A stretch of DNA of 9,056 nt from Octopus sinensis (taxonomy: Eukaryota), in contig NW_021828162.1 in the NCBI RefSeq assembly GCF_006345805.1, positions 1 through 9,056 of the forward strand, in the 5' to 3' direction. The notes beneath the pieces are model-generated. The model saw only the letters and a list, made by a program, of their open reading frames with translations. It was not told the DNA's origin and did not search any database. A program made the position numbers and the translations under genes. Below, in pieces: positions 1 through 5,860 of the stretch. Each line of letters begins with the position of its first letter. Positions within the stretch are counted from its first letter, which is position 1.

Positions 1-98
1 TCATCAACATTATCATCGTCTTAATCATTATCAATAATTTTTCTGGCCTGGGCCCCTGTTTTCCTTGCTATACACTCACGAACCCCCGTCACCAACAC

Positions 99-101
<3 letters not shown>

Positions 102-130
<29 letters not shown>
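102..130. repeat. (CA)n microsatellite
   Basis: Direct reading: about 14 uninterrupted CA units. Confidence 0.95.
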
Positions 131-133
<3 letters not shown>

Positions 134-230
134 CAACGCCCCCCCCTCCCGCTATAACTCCCAGCCCCACCCTTCTACACAACCCCCCCCCATATTCGCC
201 ATGAATCATCTCAGTATTATAGTCATTGAT

Positions 231-350
231 CACCGCCGCCACCACCACCACCACCACTACCACCATCATTATTATAATAATCATCATAATAATAATGATT
301 ATCATTATTATTACTATTATCATTGTTATTACCATCAGCATCATTGTTAG
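231..350. repeat. Compound (ACC)n/(ATC/ATT/ATA)n trinucleotide repeat
   Basis: Direct reading; produces the poly-T/poly-I ORFs in the track. Confidence 0.9.
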
Positions 351-599
351 TTGTTGTACGGCGGTTATCACCGTTCCCCCTCCCCCTCTTTTATTCTTCC
401 GCGATAAATAAATCACTCACACATACACACATATACACACGCACATATACATACATACGCGCACTGACTAACAAACGCACACACACACGTACATAAAACA
501 TATTTGAATATCAAATGTATATTTAAAATATATTCTTTTGTGTGTATATAATCATTTTATAATTATCAATCGGTTAATAGATTTCGCAATTAATTTCAT

Positions 600-655
600 A
601 TTATTGTCGTTGTTGTTATTGTTATTATTATTATTATTATTATTTATTATTATTA

Positions 656-690
<35 letters not shown>

Positions 691-821
691 AAACCTCGTT
701 ATTTATATATTACCTTGCTTGTTCCATCTTATATTATCATCCGTCGTCGCCGTCGTCATCATCATTATTACTATTATTATTATTACTAATTATTATTATT
801 ATTTATTATTATTATCATTAC

Positions 822-864
<43 letters not shown>

Positions 865-916
865 GCTATTATCATCATTATTGTTATTATTATTATCATT
901 GCTATTATTATTGTTA
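600..916. repeat. Long imperfect (ATT)n microsatellite with (CGT/CAT) interruptions
   Basis: Direct reading; produces the poly-L/poly-Y ORFs. Confidence 0.95.
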
Positions 917-1063
917 TTCCGCAGAGGTCAACTTTGCCTTTCATTCTTTCGGGGTCGATAAATTAAGTACCAGTGTAATGCGGGGGGAACGTTGTAATCG
1001 ACTAGACCCTCCCCCCAGCACCACCATCACCAAATTTCAGGCCTTGTGCCTTTAGCAGAAAGC
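917..1063 (+). mobile_element. 5'-truncated SINE, family A (copy 1), followed by (ATT)n tail
   Basis: GGGGTCGATAAATTAAGTACCAG (951-973) is identical to 2079-2101. The 3' part GGCCTTGTGCC is shared with 3735-3745. An (ATT)n tail follows from 1064. No tRNA head is present. Confidence 0.85.
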
Positions 1064-1129
1064 ATTATTATTATTATTAATTATTAATTATTATTACTAT
1101 TATTATTATTAATTATTAATTATTATTAC

Positions 1130-1162
<33 letters not shown>

Positions 1163-1187
1163 CATTATTATCATTATTATTATTATT
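1064..1187. repeat. (ATT)n tail of SINE A copy 1
   Basis: Direct reading; directly abuts the SINE 3' end. Confidence 0.95.
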
Positions 1188-1465
1188 CGTTTTGTGCAAT
1201 GATTTCGTTTCCTCCTCCCGCCCTTCCTCTTCTACCGTTTCCTGTTTAACTAATCGATATTTCGAACATTAACAACAAAAACAGCTACAAAAACATCACA
1301 CACATACCTTCCAATTCATACACACACACACAACATATATATATACCTATACACACACACACGCAAATAAATTAGGTTTTTAAGACGGGAAATGTACTAA
1401 AACGACGGTGAATAAAGGACACCTCTCTCTCATTCTGTATATGAGTATCTCTATCAATTTATCTT

Positions 1466-1510
1466 ACACACACACACACACACATATATGTATATATATA
1501 TATATATATA
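1466..1510. repeat. Compound (CA)n-(TA)n microsatellite
   Basis: Direct reading. Confidence 0.9.
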
Positions 1511-1626
1511 AATGTTTTAAGTACAAAATATAACGACCGCTTCGTACGTCTTAAGGTAAACGTTATGCAACGTTTGCTAACGTTTTAGGGTATCCTAAAG
1601 ATAATTTTAAGGAGGCAAGACTCGCA

Positions 1627-1680
1627 CATACGCGAACACACAGACTCATACGCGCACACACAGACGCATACGCGCGCGCA
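1627..1680. repeat. 20-bp CpG-containing tandem repeat, about 2.5 copies
   Basis: CATACGCG at 1627, 1647 and 1667; unit CATACGCG(A/C)ACACACAGAC(T/G). Confidence 0.8.
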
Positions 1681-1958
1681 TAGAAAACTGACTGTGTGTC
1701 ATTCGAAGCAAATTCTTTTGTGATAGAACTAATATTATTTACTGCAGTTACTAGTGTTTACTACTGCTGTTCCAATTGCATATTTGAAATCGTTATCGTA
1801 TACAAAATATCGTTCATAAACATAAATACACTACATAATAAACACACAGACACACATATACATATGCATACACGCACACATACAATGATAATAATAATAA
1901 TAATAGTAATTATTTTTGTTAGTATTATTATTATTATTATTGTTATTATTATTATTAA

Positions 1959-2147
1959 GGCGGCAAGCTGGCAGAAGCGTTACCGCGCCGGAAAAAAAAG
2001 CCTTTAGCAGTATTTCTTTCGACTTGTTTTCGTCCCGAGTTCAAATACCGGCGGAGCTGACTTTGCATTTTATCTTTTGGGGTCGATAAATTAAGTACCA
2101 GTTGAATACTGGGTCGTTGTAATCGACCTAACCTCTTCCCCCCGAAC
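1959..2147 (+). mobile_element. tRNA-derived SINE, family A (copy 2), head and central domain, 3' end missing or degenerate
   Basis: Starts GGCGGCAAGCTGGCAGAAGCG with an A-box-like TGGCAGAAGCG (1969-1979) and a B-box-like GTTCAAATACC (2039-2049). The central domain is shared with 917-1063. Flanked by (ATT)n on both sides. Confidence 0.85.
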
Positions 2148-2447
2148 TTAGTGTTAAAATTAATATCATTATCATTATTATTATTATTATTTAATTCCGA
2201 CAGAATATTCAAATTTATGTTCGTTGTGTGTATAAAGATCCTGTGCTACATGTGTATATAAAGCTAGTAAATGTGCCAATGGAAATAGCAGGCCAACTAG
2301 GTTATTGCTACATGGCTGTCTGTCTCCCTATTTTCTCCCTTTCGTTCTCTCTCTTTCTCTCCCTTGAAATCCTTTAACAGAGTTCGGTTGCCAAAAAATT
2401 CCAAAGAAATATACCTCGGATTACTATTCCTCACACCTGACCATAAT

Positions 2448-2459
2448 TAGATAGATAGG

Positions 2460-2498
<39 letters not shown>

Positions 2499-2524
2499 GT
2501 AGATAGATAGAGGGATAAGTAGAG

Positions 2525-2605
<81 letters not shown>
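2448..2605. repeat. (GATA)n tetranucleotide microsatellite, about 39 units
   Basis: Direct reading; few interruptions (GGTA, AAGT, GAGA). Confidence 0.97.
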
Positions 2606-2850
2606 TAGTTCTAGATATAGATATGTACAACACACACACACACACGCACATAGCCTTGTATTTGCTTCTCGCTTATCCATCATCTTCTATTTCTAGCTTG
2701 TCCCAACCTCCACCATGTCAAGTGACTGGGGAAAAAAAGAGAGTCGCACACGCAGAATTTTTTTTTGGTCCCATTCCTGTTCGTTATCAAGAAACAGAAT
2801 ATTTGAGTAAAAGAACGAGAGTGAGGCAGGCACCATGAACCTCGTTTCTG

Positions 2851-2970
2851 TGCATGTGTGTGTGTGATGTGTGTATATATATATATATCTATATATATAT
2901 ATCTATATATATGTATGTATATATATATATATATACACACATACAATGTATATATATATATTATATATAA
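2851..2970. repeat. (TG)n/(TA)n compound microsatellite
   Basis: Direct reading. Confidence 0.9.
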
Positions 2971-3513
2971 TGGAGGCCCCTTTTGCTGCTCCTACCTTTA
3001 TTACTACTGCTGTTACTACTACTCCCATTGGTGCTACTACCGCTGAATACTCTCATACATACACGTACTTTCAAGCAACATATATATATACCTACAGACA
3101 CACACACACACACCACACACACACACACACAAAATAGGTGTATGTATGTGTATATATTCGCACGCACACATTTGTTTTTTTGTTTTTTGGGTTTTTTTTC
3201 AAATAGAAAATCCATAATTTTTCTTTACTTCCGTTCCGAGAAGACATTTTTCCTCTCCTAATCTCTTTGGATCACAGAATCTTTTAAACATTTCTCATGT
3301 TTAAACTATTCCTTATTTTCTTCGGAAAATTTCACCTCTTATCATCATCCTCTCCTCCCATCATCCATCCATCATTGTTATCAAAAGAAAACCTAAGAAA
3401 TCTCATTAGAACTGGACAAAAAATTTTACATAAAGAAATTCTGTATAAAATTTGGTCGATTAACACATTCCTGATTTTCAAAATCATCCCCTATCCTGAT
3501 CCCTTTCTTTCCC

Positions 3514-3514
3514 T

Positions 3515-3572
<58 letters not shown>

Positions 3573-3602
3573 ACTACTACTGTTGTTGTTGTTGCTGTTG
3601 TT
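3514..3602. repeat. Compound (CTA)n-(CTG)n-(CTA)n-(GTT)n trinucleotide repeat
   Basis: Direct reading; all blocks are in the same 3-nt register. Confidence 0.95.
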
Positions 3603-3659
3603 GCTTTGTCGTTTCTTTTCATCTCAGGTCTTGTTGTGTAAAGAAATAATAATGATAAT

Positions 3660-3759
3660 ATTTTCAACCTTCGCGATTGGTAAAATATATACCGAGGTCG
3701 ATTTAATCGACACAGTTCCTCCGCTGAAATTGCTGGCCTTGTGCCAGAATTTGAAACCA
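3660..3759 (+). mobile_element. Degenerate 3' fragment of SINE family A (copy 3)
   Basis: GAGGTCGATTTAATCGAC (3694-3711) and GAAATTGCTGGCCTTGTGCCAGAATTTGAAACC align with the 3' half of copy 1. The degenerate core TTTTCAACCTTCGCGATTGGTAAAATATATACC precedes them. An (ATC/ATT)n tail follows. Confidence 0.7.
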
Positions 3760-3807
3760 CCATCATTATTATCATCATCATCATCATTATTACTATTATT
3801 ATTATTG

Positions 3808-3847
<40 letters not shown>

Positions 3848-3891
3848 GATTATTATTATTATAATTATCATCATTATTATTATTATTGTTG
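3760..3891. repeat. (ATC/ATT)n tail of SINE A copy 3
   Basis: Direct reading. Confidence 0.93.
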
Positions 3892-4142
3892 TGTAGCAAT
3901 GGTCCTTTTAAATAAACCCTATTAAGATTCGTTTTCCTTCATATTTTGGGGTCGTTTCTTTCTTCTCCTCTGGGTCTTCCTCGTTAAAGATAGAATTTCA
4001 TATTTTCCGAAGGTGCCAAAGGCGCCGCCCGCCATTTATATCTTTCCCTACAAAGAAAGAAAAGACACGCGCATGCACAAAAATGGAAAACTAGATTCTT
4101 CAAAATATACACACCCACATCTACATACATGCATACATATAT

Positions 4143-4580
4143 GCTCTCTCTTCTCTTTCTCTTTTACTTGTTTCAGTCATTTGGCTGTGGCCATGCTGGA
4201 GCACCGCCTTTAGTCGAGCAAATCGTCCCCAGGACTTATTCTTTGTAAGCCTAGTACTTATTCTATCAGTCTCTGTAGCCGAACCGCTAGCTTACGGGGA
4301 CGTAAACACACCAGCATCGGTTGTCAAGCGATTTTAGGGTGGACAAACACATACATAAACATACACACACACACACACATATATATATACACACACATAT
4401 ATATATATACATATATACGATGGGCTTCTTTCAGTTTCCGTCTACCAAATCCAATCAGAAGGCTCTGGTCGGCTCGTGGCTTTAGTAGAAGACACTTGCC
4501 CAAAGTGCCATGTAGTGGGACTGAGCCCAGAACCATGTGGTTCGTAAGCAATCTTCCTACCACACAGCCACTCCCACGCC
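4143..4580 (-). mobile_element. Full-length tRNA-derived SINE, family B (octopus-type, CORE-like), with internal (TG/TA) microsatellite
   Basis: The minus strand begins GGCGTGGGAGTGGCTGTGTGGTAG with A box TGGCTGTGTGG (4560-4570) and degenerate B box GGCTCAGTCCC (4517-4527). Then come CACTTTGGGCAAGTG (CORE/MIR-like), an internal microsatellite at about 4345-4417, and a tail ending GACTGAAACAAGTAAAAGAG. Candidate TSD 4122-4142 / 4581-4601 (18/21 identical). The head region recurs at 4990-5138. Confidence 0.88.
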
Positions 4581-4665
4581 TACATACATACACATATATA
4601 TATATAATGTTGTTTCAGTTACAACCCAGTATAAAATAGTGCAACCTATGTACGAGTAAATACGG

Positions 4666-4989
4666 TACACACCAAATACACACACGCAAGCACTCACAAA
4701 CACACCACACACACACACACATACACACAAACAAACACCACACACACACATACACACACAAGCACACACAAACACCGCACCACACAAACATACACCATAC
4801 ACGTAGACCATACACATACACAAGCACACACAAACACACCACACCACACAAACATACTCCATACACATACACATGCACACACAAACACACCACACACACA
4901 CATACACCACACCACACAAACATACACCCACACACCACACACACACACACACTCGTATACACATACACACACGCACCAACACACATGCA
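4666..4989. repeat. Cryptic CA-rich satellite with higher-order units of about 60-68 bp
   Basis: ACCACACAAACATAC at 4779, 4843 and 4911; GCACACACAAACAC at 4762, 4824 and 4875. Confidence 0.85.
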
Positions 4990-5138
4990 TATACAGGACA
5001 GGCTTCTTCCAGTTTCCGTCTACCAAATCCACTCATAAAGCTTTAGTCGTCCCGAGACTATATTAGAAGTAGATGCCACCTAATGGGACTAAACCCCTAA
5101 ATCTTGTGATTGAGAGAGAAATAAGGGAAGCTTCTAAC
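4990..5138 (-). mobile_element. Degenerate partial SINE family B (copy 2), head and body only
   Basis: 5001-5030 matches 4423-4452 at 29/30. B-box remnant GGTTTAGTCCC (plus-strand 5085-5095). The CORE-like ACACTTGCCCAA segment is deleted and the A box is not recognisable. Confidence 0.8.
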
Positions 5139-5345
5139 AATCAGAAGGTTTTTTAGAAACCTTTATATTTCGGGCAGAGTGGCCCATCTTCAGAAGAATA
5201 CAGGTCAAAGAAATAACGCTTCAAGCAAAACTACAGCGCTCATTTTACATACATGGTTATACTTGGGAGAGGTTTGATTTACATGAGAATCAGAAATACT
5301 AACAAAATTTTAGTAATAATAATAAGAATATTAGTATATTAATAA

Positions 5346-5380
5346 TACTAATAATGCTTTTTTTTCTTCTTTTCTTTCAG
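5346..5380 (+). promoter_or_regulatory. Candidate 3' splice site of a 5'UTR intron of the Frizzled gene
   Basis: Branch-point-like TACTAAT (5346-5352), uninterrupted pyrimidine tract CTTTTTTTTCTTCTTTTCTTTC (5357-5378) and terminal CAG (5378-5380). Lies 480 nt upstream of the ATG on the coding strand. Confidence 0.55.
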
Positions 5381-5504
5381 TGAAGAACAAACATTTAAAA
5401 TATCTGAAGGAACCAGGATTTAACAGAAGAGGAATTAACAGAGAAAGGACAAATAATACCCAGCCTCCTATTTTTTTCACGATTGGATTAATATATATTT
5501 TGAA

Positions 5505-5588
5505 GCATATATAATATATATATATATACATTTTACGCGTGTGTATATATATAGATATATATAATATGTGTGTATGTGTATACACATA
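5505..5588. repeat. (TA)n/(TG)n microsatellite in the putative 5'UTR
   Basis: Direct reading. Confidence 0.85.
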
Positions 5589-5860
5589 GAGAGAGAGGTA
5601 TACCGTTTATCCAGTTCCTTGTGTTACATTTTGAAAATACGCAATCATCACATCACCACCACCTCCACCACCATATTATAATCATAAAACCATTGCAACA
5701 AGAACAACAATCACTTCTGTATAAACTTTATTCACTTTTCAAAATATTTTATTTTAATTTTTGTTTTTCTCTCAAATTTTTTTTTGGGATTAACACACAA
5801 ACAACCCACGTAAAAAAATACATATATTCATAACAACAACAATATTATTAATTTGCAACG

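Noticed and set aside
1585-1590. TTAGGG telomeric hexamer
   Set aside because: Single copy; not an interstitial telomere array.
1959-2050. Possible tRNA genes here and at 4510-4580 (-)
   Set aside because: Only A/B-box remnants; I could not build a cloverleaf. They continue into repeated SINE bodies, so they are SINE heads.
3297-3641. 114-aa ORF with a non-repetitive N-terminal half
   Set aside because: Alternative start, AT-rich codons, runs into a trinucleotide repeat, and no recognisable homology.
21-3899. Many ORFs with poly-Ile/Leu/Val/Thr/Asn runs or IYLS and YI repeats
   Set aside because: They are translations of (ATT)n, (GATA)n, (TA)n and (CA)n microsatellites and SINE fragments, with no domain signatures.
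3660-4267. Oppositely oriented SINE A copy 3 and SINE B module as an ADAR dsRNA substrate
   Set aside because: The shared blocks are only about 17-22 nt and interrupted, too short and divergent for a convincing duplex.
4557-5036. Cys/Val-rich 159-aa, 123-aa and 112-aa ORFs resembling metallothionein or keratin-associated proteins
   Set aside because: They are the (TG)-rich strand of the cryptic CA satellite plus SINE B sequence; all three minus frames are open for the same compositional reason.
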